Under the pieces are notes generated by a model that saw only the letters and a list, made by a program, of their open reading frames with translations, made no database searches and was not told the origin of the DNA. Shown here one piece after another: positions 47,571-56,435 of a stretch of DNA of 64,000 nucleotides (position 1 is the first letter of the stretch; each line of letters starts with the position of its first letter). The stretch is from positions 1 through 64,000 of the forward strand of contig JBGANV010000010.1 of assembly GCA_044222185.1 (NCBI GenBank), read 5' to 3'. Made by a program: the position numbers and the translations under genes. Source of the stretch: Planctomycetota bacterium. GTDB taxonomy: Bacteria > Planctomycetota > GCA-002687715 > CAIWVZ01.

Positions 47571-48161
47571 TCAGAACGGCCAGATGAAGTCGAGCAATTC
47601 GCCGAGCCAGCCGCGATTGGTGTTGCTCGTCAGCGCACCCTGGCCTTCGTAGGCGACGGACGCGTTCGCGAGCTGCCACGAGTTGATGGCGTTGTCGGGC
47701 GTGATGTCGAAGGGGCGCACGATGCCCGTGATGCGCATGACCTTCGTCTCACGGTCGATCGTGACGGTGCGTTTGCCCTCGACGACGAGGTTGCCGTTGG
47801 GCTGCACGTCGATGACGACGACCGAGAGCCGAGTCTCGAAGCTGCCCTCCTTGTCGTACTTCGCCGAGCCCTTGAAGTCGCGTTGGTCGCTGCCTGCCAG
47901 GTGCGGAAGCGTGCTGAACGCATTCGGCATGATGTCGAAGTTCGTCAGCACCGCGTCCAGGCTCGCGTTGTTCTTGAGCTCCGTGTCTTCCTTGTTCTTG
48001 ACGGACTGCTTCTCCGCGATGACGACGGTGAGAACGTCACCGGTGTTGCGCGCGGTGGTGTCCGCGAAGAGCGAGGGGACGGGGCGATCCGTATTCCAAA
48101 GGGACTGAGCCGCGGCCGCGGCACAGATCACGAGGGGGATGACGAGGGCGTGGATTCTCAC
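47571..48161 (-). CDS. flgH: Flagellar L-ring protein FlgH
   Basis: SLFADTTARNTGDVLTVVIAE, VQPNGNLVVEG, GIVRPFDI, terminal WPF. Confidence 0.92.
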   Translation of the reverse strand: MRIHALVIPLVICAAAAAQSLWNTDRPVPSLFADTTARNTGDVLTVVIAEKQSVKNKEDTELKNNASLDAVLTNFDIMPNAFSTLPHLAGSDQRDFKGSAKYDKEGSFETRLSVVVIDVQPNGNLVVEGKRTVTIDRETKVMRITGIVRPFDITPDNAINSWQLANASVAYEGQGALTSNTNRGWLGELLDFIWPF

Positions 48162-49153
48162 GGGTTGACCTCCGGGGATTCGGCCGGTGCGCTGACGTCG
48201 ACGGTTCGTGAATCGACGACGGTCGCGTGGATGAGCTTGTTCGACGTGACGTTGGTGACGGGAATGCGCTCGCCGGGCGCACCGGCGGCCATGGTTCGTC
48301 CGAGGGCGGTCACGCGCAGCCCGCCGATGCGGATGCGGATCGTGACGGCGTCGCCGCGCTCGACGACGGGGCGGGCGCGAAAGTCGCGCGACGTGAGCGC
48401 CTGCCCCGCCGCCACGCGCCGCGCGAGGACCAGCCCCGCGGCCCGGTCTGGCGAATCGAGGGCGCCCATGCCGACCGTCGAGAGGTCCTGTTCGTTCGTC
48501 GTGATGTCGTCGGAGCGCAGCGTCTGGCCGGGCTGGAGATCGTGCGCGGCGACGAGGACGCGCCCGCGCCGGCACACGTCCATGACGAACGGCATCGCGC
48601 GGCGTTCCTGTCCGTCCGACAGGCACACGATCTCGAGGCGGACGACACCGCAGAGCGCACCCTGTTCCTTCGTGCGGACGAAGACGCGCGTCGACCAGCG
48701 TCCGGCGACGCAGAGGAATGGCTCGGGGAGGGGCGCGGCGCCGAACTTCGCATCGCTCGCCTTGTCTCCGAGAGACCGCGCGACGAACTGCCGTCCGAGG
48801 GACGCGACCTGCTCGCCGCTGAGCGAGATGGTCTTCAGGGAGACCTGCGTCGATTGCGCGCCGTCCCATTCGATCGTCGCGCGTCCGACGTCAGCCGCGC
48901 GGACCGCCTCGGTGAGCGAGTCGCGTGAGATCACCAACGTGCGGCCATTGGCGGGCAGATCCAACAGGCGGATGTTGCGGATCGCCACCGCCGCCTTGGC
49001 GTCGACGCCGTCCACCTGGGCGACGTCTCCCAGGTTCAGCTCCAGCCCGGCCGCCTCGGCCTTGGCCTGCTGGCGGATCCAAACGAGCGCGGGCGCATCC
49101 TGCGCGCTGCCGAGCGAGGCGATCACGAACGCTGCGAAGAGGAGTCGGCTCAT
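48158..49153 (-). CDS. flgA: Flagellar basal body P-ring formation chaperone FlgA
   Basis: LNLGDVA, SAF domain, VVERGDAVTI, GAPGERIPVTN. Confidence 0.88.
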   Translation of the reverse strand: MSRLLFAAFVIASLGSAQDAPALVWIRQQAKAEAAGLELNLGDVAQVDGVDAKAAVAIRNIRLLDLPANGRTLVISRDSLTEAVRAADVGRATIEWDGAQSTQVSLKTISLSGEQVASLGRQFVARSLGDKASDAKFGAAPLPEPFLCVAGRWSTRVFVRTKEQGALCGVVRLEIVCLSDGQERRAMPFVMDVCRRGRVLVAAHDLQPGQTLRSDDITTNEQDLSTVGMGALDSPDRAAGLVLARRVAAGQALTSRDFRARPVVERGDAVTIRIRIGGLRVTALGRTMAAGAPGERIPVTNVTSNKLIHATVVDSRTVDVSAPAESPEVNP

Positions 49154-49163
49154 TTCGTCTGGC

Positions 49164-49943
49164 TCACCGTGCGATCTGGTTGACGGTCGCGAGCATCTGG
49201 TCGCTCGTGTTGATGGCCTTGCTGTTCACCTCGTAGGCGCGCTGCGCCAGGATGAGGTTGATCAACTCGGTGGCGATGTCGACGTTCGAGCGCTCGATGT
49301 TGCCTTGGACGATCGTGCCCGCGCCGGATTCGCCCGGCGCGGCGGTCGTCGGTGTCCCCGATGCGGGTGTCTCACGGAACGTGTTGCCGCCCTCCGATGC
49401 GAGGCCGGCCGGGTTCGTGAACGTCACGAGGCTGATCTGGCCCAGCGACGAGATCGTGTCGCCGACTCGGGCCGTCACGGTGCCGTCGGTGGAGATCGTC
49501 ACCTGGGCGCCGGTGGGGATGGGCGAGATGGCCGGCGTGAGTTTGAGGCCGCGAGCGTTCACGAGATTGCCGTCCTTGTCCGGCATGAATCCGCCGTCGC
49601 GGGTGAAGAGACGCGCGCCGCCCGGGCCGGCCAGTTCGAAGAAGCCCTCGCCGGAAATGGCCATGTCGAGCGAGTTGCCCGTCTGCACGGGGTTGCCGGC
49701 CGTGAAGTTCTTCACCGTCGCGACCAGCTGCGTGCCTGACCCGAGCTGGACGCCAGCGATCGTGCTGCTGTCCTTGTTGGCCGCGCCCGGATTCGACGGG
49801 TTGACGTAGAGGAGGTCCTCGAAGCGCGCGTCGGACCGCTTGAAGCCCGACGTGTTGACGTTCGCCAGGTTGTTGGCGATGACGTCCACCTGGCTTTGCT
49901 GCGAGCGCATGCCGGTCGCAGCCGTGTACAGAGCTCTGAACAT
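49164..49943 (-). CDS. flgG: Flagellar basal body rod protein FlgG
   Basis: MFRALYTAATGM...VIANNLANVNTSGFK, ERSNVD, AQRAYEVNSKAI. Confidence 0.95.
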   Translation of the reverse strand: MFRALYTAATGMRSQQSQVDVIANNLANVNTSGFKRSDARFEDLLYVNPSNPGAANKDSSTIAGVQLGSGTQLVATVKNFTAGNPVQTGNSLDMAISGEGFFELAGPGGARLFTRDGGFMPDKDGNLVNARGLKLTPAISPIPTGAQVTISTDGTVTARVGDTISSLGQISLVTFTNPAGLASEGGNTFRETPASGTPTTAAPGESGAGTIVQGNIERSNVDIATELINLILAQRAYEVNSKAINTSDQMLATVNQIAR

Positions 49944-49960
49944 GGATTTCCTCTTCTGCT

Positions 49961-50665
49961 TCAGCCGCGGAGGCGTTGTTGGATGGAGTCGGCGATGGTC
50001 TGCATGGCGCGGCTCGCCGTGTCGTAGCCGCGGTGGATGGAGATCATCTCCACGAGGCCGGTGACGGCGTCGTGGTTCGGATACTCGAGGTGGCCGGGGA
50101 GGATCTTCGGGGCGACGACCGCCTTCGGGCCCGCACCCGACGGCGCGCGGAACATGGTGTCCGACACCGCGACGAGTTGATCCTTCTTGTCGAAGTCGGT
50201 GATGCGCAGCTTGCCGACGGCGGAGCCGTTCTGCATCACCGCGCCCGAGGCGTCGATCGTCACCTTGCCGTCTTTTGGCGATGCGACGATGGGGCCCTGT
50301 TCGCCCAGCACCGCATACCCGGCGCGTGTCGTCAGTTGACCCGCGGCGTCGAGGGTGAAGTCGCCGTTGCGCGTGAACGCCTCGCCGCCCGGCGTATCGA
50401 CGCTGAAGAACCCGTCCCCCGCGATGGCCGACGAAAGCGGGTTGCCGTCGTCGCCGACGAAGATGCCCTGCGAGAAGTCCACGACCGCTTCGTTGCGCGT
50501 GGGCTTCACGCGGCCCGAGTTCATCGCCTCGTCGAACGATTTCGCCGACGGCGAGCGCGTCTTGTACCCGGGCGTATGAGCGTGCGCGAGGTTGGCCGTG
50601 GAGTAGTCGAGCCGCTGCTCGAGAATCTTCATCGCGGCCGCAGTGTGGAGCATTCCTCGGTTCAT
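49961..50665 (-). CDS. flgF: Flagellar basal body rod protein FlgF
   Basis: ANLAHAHTPGYK, AIAGDGFF, FTRNGDF; precedes flgG. Confidence 0.88.
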   Translation of the reverse strand: MNRGMLHTAAAMKILEQRLDYSTANLAHAHTPGYKTRSPSAKSFDEAMNSGRVKPTRNEAVVDFSQGIFVGDDGNPLSSAIAGDGFFSVDTPGGEAFTRNGDFTLDAAGQLTTRAGYAVLGEQGPIVASPKDGKVTIDASGAVMQNGSAVGKLRITDFDKKDQLVAVSDTMFRAPSGAGPKAVVAPKILPGHLEYPNHDAVTGLVEMISIHRGYDTASRAMQTIADSIQQRLRG

Positions 50666-50706
50666 GGGTGATCTCTCCGTTCGGAGTTCTTGCGTCCACC
50701 CGCCAT

Positions 50707-50724
50707 TCGCAACTTCGAGGCCGT
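50707..50724 (-). promoter_or_regulatory. sigma54 (-24/-12) promoter for the flgF operon
   Basis: Minus strand ACGGCCTCGAAGTTGCGA (GG-N10-GC with TTGC) about 42 bp upstream of the flgF ATG. Confidence 0.6.
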
Positions 50725-50878
50725 GTCCCCTCAAGCGTCTCTCGCGAGATCCGACACTGATGGAATGTGGGCGGAAACTCCGCCCGTTCTCAGCGCGCCG
50801 TCGCGATTCGCGACACTCGCCGCGCGCCCCTCACCGCCGGAAGGGTTTTCGGGGTCGGAGGAAGAGTTTTCCCTACCG

Positions 50879-51420
50879 CGGAACGCCGCGTTTCGCGCGG
50901 CTGGATCGGCGGGGCTCCGGCCCAGCCGCGGACTGGCCGCGGGATGTCGCGCGATGGTGTGGTGTGCGGCGGGGGCTGTCAGCCACGCGGTGGTTCGTCG
51001 GCGATCAGGCGAGCCCGGAGGTCTCGCCATCCGACCGGGCTCCCTCGTCGGACTCGGGAATCCCGGCGTTCCGGAGCGCCGCGTTTCACGCGGCTGGATC
51101 GGCCGGGCTCCGGCCCGGCCGCGGACTGGCCGCGGGATGTCGCGCGGTGGTGTGGTGTGCGGCGAGGGCTGTCAGCCATGCGGTGGTTCGTCGGCGATCA
51201 GGCGAGCCCGGAGGTCTCGCCATCCAGCCGGGCTCCCTCGTCGGACTCGGGAATCCCGGCGTTCCGGCCCGGCCGCGGACTGGCCGCGGGAGGTCGCGCG
51301 ATGGTGTGGTGTGCGGCGAGGGCTGTCAGCCACGCGGGGGTTCGTCGGCGATCAGGCGAGCCCGGAGGTCTCGCCATCCGGCCGGGCTCCCTCGTCGGAC
51401 TCGGGAATCCCGGCGCTCCG
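50879..51420. repeat. REP/REPIN-like tandem element, 3 units (period 193 bp; third unit partly deleted)
   Basis: CGGARCGCCGCGTTTC at 50879 and 51072; GGCGAGCCCGGAGGTCTCGCCATCC three times, the reverse complement of the motif in the 1440-1806 array. Confidence 0.92.
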
Positions 51421-51443
51421 GCGCGCGCTTGCGGCGCCTCGCC

Positions 51444-53846
51444 CTACAACTCCCCCGTCAGCGCCGCGAGGAAGAGGGGGAAGGTGGACCAGGTCTGGAA
51501 GCGGAAGAGCGGCGAGAACCCGAAGAGGTAGACGACGCCGCGACCGACGCGCACGCGGACGATGGCACCGCGGCGGGCGAGGAAGCGCGTGCCCTCGGCG
51601 TAACCGGCGAGGCGGAGGTCCTTGGTGTCACTCCACGAGGCGATCGTCTCGGCGACGATGAACGGGTCGCGCTCGCGCTCGTTCAGCCGGCGGAACGCCT
51701 TGCCTCCATCGAACATGGCCGGCACCCAGGTGCGGGGGAGTCCGAGCCACGTGGCGACGGGCGGGTTGATGTCGAGCCTGAGCAACGCACCGGGCACGTT
51801 GATCTCTCCGGGCTCGGTTTCGGTGACGGCGTTCACGACCGGGAGATTGAACTGCTTGATGGCGAAGGCCGTCGAGTCCTTCAGCGCGATGAGCGTTCCG
51901 CCCTGCTCGCGCACGAAGCGGTCGATCCACCGCGCGCCGGCGTCGCCGATGCCGCCCTTCACCTCGGGCGGCGTGGTCGACGAGGTGGCGCCATTCAAGA
52001 TCAGGTCCGTGGACAGGTCGGGCAGGATGAGGACCTTCGGTGCGAGGACGGGTTGGGACTCGGTCCCGTGGTCCGAGGCGAGTGTGCGGATCGCCGCCGT
52101 CGACAACGAGCGGATCTCGATCCCGAACTGATCGAAGAAGAAGCGCGTCCAGCCCTCGTCCATCGACGCGGTCCACGGCCGATAGACGGCGAACGCGCCG
52201 GGCTCCTTCGCGGCGAACGTGCGGGCGGCCTGAACCCCGCGAAGGATCACGTCCGAGCTCGTGTCGTCGGGACGGAGCTCGACCGCACCCGCCGCGTCGA
52301 CGAGTCGGATCGACGAGGCCAGGATCGCCCCGCGCTGCGCCGCCGGTACGAGCCTCACGTCGAGGTCGAGCAAGAGGCGCAGGTCGTGCGCTGTGACGTC
52401 GTAGGGTTTGCGGATGCGCCCACCGGGTCGATCGCGGACTTCCGGATAGGGTGCGCCGTCCAGCATCGCGCGTGCGAAGGCGAAATACGGTTGGGCCGAC
52501 GGGATGAAGAGCGCCGACGACTCGACGCGAGACTTCTGCACCTGCATGGGCCGCGTGGTCCGATAGACCTCGAGCCCCGCCAGCGCCATGATGTCCATGA
52601 GCTTGGACAGAGCGGCAACGGAGCTCTGCTGCGCCGGGATGATGAACCCTCCCAGCACCGGATCCGGCTCGCACGCCTTCTGGAAGACCCGATGGAAGTT
52701 GCGAAGCCACGTCTCCCGCTTGGCGCTCGCGTGTCGCAGAAGAGCGAAGGCCGCCTCGTCGTTGTACCGGACGATGTCGGCGAGGGTCCAGCGCTTGCCG
52801 ACCCACGCCGTGGGATCGGTCTCGGTCGGCTGTGACGAGGGCCGCGACGCCGAGCGCGACGTTGGTTTCACGTCGACGGACGACGCCTGCCGGCACGATG
52901 CAATCTCGGTCAGGATCCGAGCTCCGCCGTGGTAGTGCATGAACGCGCGACCCGGTGTCCAGCCGTCGAAGAGCTGGTTGCTGACGACACCCGTGCACCC
53001 GCGCTCGATGAGGTCCTTCCGCATCGACGCGCCCAAGTCCTCGATCTCCTCCACGAGGATCGGATCGACGTTCGGCTCGATGGGTGACTGGTAGGGGGGG
53101 ACGAAGATGCGGGGCCCGCTCTCGCCCATCTGGTGCATGTCGAGCACGATCTGCGGGCGCCACTTGTCGTGGATCTGCTCGACCGTCAGCCGCGACTCGA
53201 CCTGCGTCAGCATGAACCAGTCGCGGTTGTTGTCGTGACCGACGTAGCGGTTGTAGAGATCGGGCATCGGGCAGCCCTCGTAGGGCGTGCCGACCCATCG
53301 CCGATACCACCGGACCTGCTGGTTGTATCCGTCCGGGTTGTGTGAAGGAGTGAGGAGCAGAACCACGTCGTCGAGGACCTTCAGCCATGCGGGATCCTCG
53401 GTGGACGCCAGCATGTAGGCGATGTTCATCGTGGACTGGGTCGGTCCGACTTCGATGGAGTGGATCGACGCATTCAGGAGCACGATCGTCTTGCCGGACG
53501 CGATGATCGCCTCAGCTTCGGCGGCCTCGATCGCTCGCGGATCCGTCAGTCGAAGGTTGGCCTTGCGAATCTCCTCCAGACGCCTCAGGTTTTCCGGCGA
53601 CGAAATCGTCGCCATGCCGAACCCGAGGCCGTTCGTCGTCTGCCCGATGACCTCGAACCTCACCCGATTCGACACGGCGGCGAGCCGCTTGAAGTAGTCG
53701 ACGACCTGGTCGTAGTCCGCGAGTTTGCACTCCGCGCCCGGCTTGAACCCGAGCACCGATTCCGGCGTGGGGAGCTGCGGAGCCTGCGGCCGGGCCGCGT
53801 GAACGGCCAACATGAGTCCCAGGAGCAGACGTGTCGTGCGGGGCAT
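51444..53846 (-). CDS. Secreted M14 zinc carboxypeptidase with a C-terminal GATase1-like domain
   Basis: SIHSIE (HxxE), NPDG, GHDNNRDW, DMHQMG, MDEGWTR. Confidence 0.9.
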   Translation of the reverse strand: MPRTTRLLLGLMLAVHAARPQAPQLPTPESVLGFKPGAECKLADYDQVVDYFKRLAAVSNRVRFEVIGQTTNGLGFGMATISSPENLRRLEEIRKANLRLTDPRAIEAAEAEAIIASGKTIVLLNASIHSIEVGPTQSTMNIAYMLASTEDPAWLKVLDDVVLLLTPSHNPDGYNQQVRWYRRWVGTPYEGCPMPDLYNRYVGHDNNRDWFMLTQVESRLTVEQIHDKWRPQIVLDMHQMGESGPRIFVPPYQSPIEPNVDPILVEEIEDLGASMRKDLIERGCTGVVSNQLFDGWTPGRAFMHYHGGARILTEIASCRQASSVDVKPTSRSASRPSSQPTETDPTAWVGKRWTLADIVRYNDEAAFALLRHASAKRETWLRNFHRVFQKACEPDPVLGGFIIPAQQSSVAALSKLMDIMALAGLEVYRTTRPMQVQKSRVESSALFIPSAQPYFAFARAMLDGAPYPEVRDRPGGRIRKPYDVTAHDLRLLLDLDVRLVPAAQRGAILASSIRLVDAAGAVELRPDDTSSDVILRGVQAARTFAAKEPGAFAVYRPWTASMDEGWTRFFFDQFGIEIRSLSTAAIRTLASDHGTESQPVLAPKVLILPDLSTDLILNGATSSTTPPEVKGGIGDAGARWIDRFVREQGGTLIALKDSTAFAIKQFNLPVVNAVTETEPGEINVPGALLRLDINPPVATWLGLPRTWVPAMFDGGKAFRRLNERERDPFIVAETIASWSDTKDLRLAGYAEGTRFLARRGAIVRVRVGRGVVYLFGFSPLFRFQTWSTFPLFLAALTGEL

Positions 53847-53941
53847 GGCGCAGAGAGTATCACCAATCCCGCGCTCGGACGCCGGTTCTTGCCGCGCTCC
53901 CAGCCGGGATCGGACCTTCAGCGGCTCCAGGCGCCTGATCG

Positions 53942-54829
53942 ATGGTGACAGGGAGGAATTGCCGTCGCCGTGCGGCGACCGCCCGGAATTTCGTGCAAGC
54001 GCTCATCACTGAACTCCGATCACGGTTGCGAGCCGGAACCATCGAGGTGCCCGTGCTCGGAAGCGTGGCTCTGGAGATCCTGTCGCTCGTCACGGCGGAA
54101 GGATCGACGGCCAAGCAGCTGTCCGACGTGGTCCACCGCGATCCGGCTCTCGCAGCCCAGGTGATGCGGATTGCGAACTCGGCGATGTTCAGCCCGCTCG
54201 AACCGGTGCGCTCACTGAACGAAGCCGTCACGCGTCTGGGATTCGGAACCCTGCGCGACGTGGCCGTCGCCTCGTCCGTCCGGTCGAAGGTGTTCTCGTT
54301 CGGTGAGTTCGCCGACGTCGCGCGCGATCTGTGGCGGCACTCGCTCGCGACGGCGGCCATCGCCCGCGAACTGGGACGCCGCCAGACCGGCGATGGCGGA
54401 ACGGCGTTCCTCTGCGGTTTGCTCCACGATCTCGGCAAGGCCGTGGCGCTTCGCGTCGTCGCCAAGTTCATCGAGGATCCGGTGGGACGTCGGGGCAACG
54501 ACGAGATCTGGCGGATCGCCGACGACTCGCACGGCGAGGTGGGCGCCCACGTCGCGCACGCGTGGAAGCTCCCGCCCGAGGTCGTGGATGCCATCGAGAA
54601 CCATCACCACTGGCGCGAGTCGCGGGGTGATCAGTCGCTGTGTGCGATCACCACGCTGGCGAACGACTACGCACACCAGATGTGGCCGATTCCCGAGGCC
54701 GAGCACGAACCTCTCGACGGCAAGGAGGAGCACGTGATCATGCGTGCCGTGGGAATCCCCCTCAGCGCCGTCTCGCGCGTGTTCGATCTGCGAGCCGTGG
54801 TCGAGGCGCTGGTCGTCGCGATCGGATAG
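53942..54829 (+). CDS. HDOD domain protein
   Basis: DPALAAQVMRIANS, AVTRLG, LWRHSLATA, CGLLHDLGK, WKLP, HH. Confidence 0.9.
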   Translation: MVTGRNCRRRAATARNFVQALITELRSRLRAGTIEVPVLGSVALEILSLVTAEGSTAKQLSDVVHRDPALAAQVMRIANSAMFSPLEPVRSLNEAVTRLGFGTLRDVAVASSVRSKVFSFGEFADVARDLWRHSLATAAIARELGRRQTGDGGTAFLCGLLHDLGKAVALRVVAKFIEDPVGRRGNDEIWRIADDSHGEVGAHVAHAWKLPPEVVDAIENHHHWRESRGDQSLCAITTLANDYAHQMWPIPEAEHEPLDGKEEHVIMRAVGIPLSAVSRVFDLRAVVEALVVAIG

Positions 54830-54857
54830 CTCGCCCTGGCGTCGAGACGCGCCGGAT

Positions 54858-56384
54858 CTACCCGCGAAATCGCTGGATCACGGCGTCTGCGCGGCCCAGG
54901 TCGGCAGCAGAGACGACGTCCGTGAGCAGCCGCGGGAGACGTCTCCGCAGGGCGTCGTCGGCCGTGCGGGCCCACTCGTGTCGCGCAAGCCACGCGATCT
55001 CGGCTTCCGACTCGGGGAGCGTCGGTCCCAGCGGATCGAAGCCCAGGCCCAGTGCGCGGGCCTCGCGAGCGAGACTCTCGGCTTCACCACCGAACCGCCG
55101 GACGAGGCGCTCGGCGAGGGCACCTTCGAGCGCGTACGTCGCGACGAGTTCGGCGATCGATCGAGCCGGCCCCGTGGTTCCGCCTGGCAGGCACGTCTTG
55201 CGGCTGAGCGACCCGTCGTCGAGCGTGCGGCGCGCCGTCGGCGCCGCGACCTCGACGAGTTCGCGCGCGATCAACCGCCACGTGGTGAGCTTCCCGCCGA
55301 CCACGTGAACGACGCCCCTGGGTTCTTCGAACACGCTTTGCTCGCGGCTGGTCTTCGACGGTTCTGCGGCGGAGTCCCGGGCGAGCGTGCGCACGCCGCA
55401 GAACGCCGAGATCACGTCGCTGCGCCGAAACGGTGCGCCTCGGAAGACCTGGTTCGCCTCGTCGATCAGCCACTGCACGTCGCGCTCGGCCACGGGCGGG
55501 TCGCCGGGTTCGCCGTCGTGGTCGCGATCCGTCGTCCCCACGAGCATGCGGCCTTCGAAGGGGATCGCGAAGAACACCCGGCCGTCGGAGCGGGCCGTCA
55601 GCGTCAACGCGTGGCCGACGAGCCGCTGCGGCAACATGACGTGGGCGCCGCTCGTCAGTCTCGCGCGGGACTCGGGGGACGCGGAGACACGGCGCCGAAA
55701 CGAATCCGAGAACGGCCCCACGGCAGCGATGATCGCGCGAGCCCGAACCTCGGCCGTACCTCCGCACTCGGCATCGCGCAGGGTGACGCGGAATTCATCG
55801 GGCGGGCCCCCGCGCACGTCGCAAGCTTCGGCGCGCGTCAGGATCGTCGCGCCGCGCTGCGCGGCCGCCCGTGCGACGAGCGCCACGAGGCGCGAATCGA
55901 AGACCTGGTAGTCGAAGTACCGTCCAGTGCCGCGCAAGCCCGTGGTGACCAGCGCCGGCTCGGCGGTGGCCGTTTCGTTCGGGCTCAGCCAGTCGCGCCG
56001 CAGTGCGGTGTGCGACCTCGCCAAGAGATCGTACAGGAGCAGTCCCGTGCGAAGGCGCAGCGGTCCCAACCGTCCCCCTCGAAACACGGGGGCGAGAAAC
56101 GGAAGCGGTCGTACGAGGTGGGGCGCGAGTTCGTGCTGAACGGCCCGCTCCCGCAGCGCCTGCCTCACGAGTGAGATCTCGAGGCGTTCGAGGTATCGGA
56201 TTCCGCCATGGACGAGCTTGCTGGATCGGCTCGACGTCTCGAAGCCGAGATCCGATCGTTCGACGAGGCAGACGCTCCAGCCGTTCAGCGCGGCTTCGCG
56301 CGCTGCACCGACGCCGAAGATGCCGCCGCCGACGACCAGGAGATCGAAGCTCCGATCCGCAGCCTGCTGAAATCGTGCCGTCAC
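54858..56384 (-). CDS. glpD: FAD-dependent glycerol-3-phosphate dehydrogenase/oxidase
   Basis: DLLVVGGGIFG, TSSRSSKLVHGGIRYLE, VGTTD, GVRTL, GGKLTTWR. Confidence 0.93.
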   Translation of the reverse strand: MTARFQQAADRSFDLLVVGGGIFGVGAAREAALNGWSVCLVERSDLGFETSSRSSKLVHGGIRYLERLEISLVRQALRERAVQHELAPHLVRPLPFLAPVFRGGRLGPLRLRTGLLLYDLLARSHTALRRDWLSPNETATAEPALVTTGLRGTGRYFDYQVFDSRLVALVARAAAQRGATILTRAEACDVRGGPPDEFRVTLRDAECGGTAEVRARAIIAAVGPFSDSFRRRVSASPESRARLTSGAHVMLPQRLVGHALTLTARSDGRVFFAIPFEGRMLVGTTDRDHDGEPGDPPVAERDVQWLIDEANQVFRGAPFRRSDVISAFCGVRTLARDSAAEPSKTSREQSVFEEPRGVVHVVGGKLTTWRLIARELVEVAAPTARRTLDDGSLSRKTCLPGGTTGPARSIAELVATYALEGALAERLVRRFGGEAESLAREARALGLGFDPLGPTLPESEAEIAWLARHEWARTADDALRRRLPRLLTDVVSAADLGRADAVIQRFRG

Positions 56385-56435
56385 GACACGCAGTCTATCG
56401 GCGTTCGGCGTGGCCCGCGTGCAGCGCGTTCGCCG

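Noticed and set aside
50643-52835. Long plus-strand ORFs with repeated peptides (also 50690-51661, 1498-1971, 41369-41778)
   Set aside because: Read-through of GC-rich non-coding repeats and the antisense of real genes; no protein motifs.
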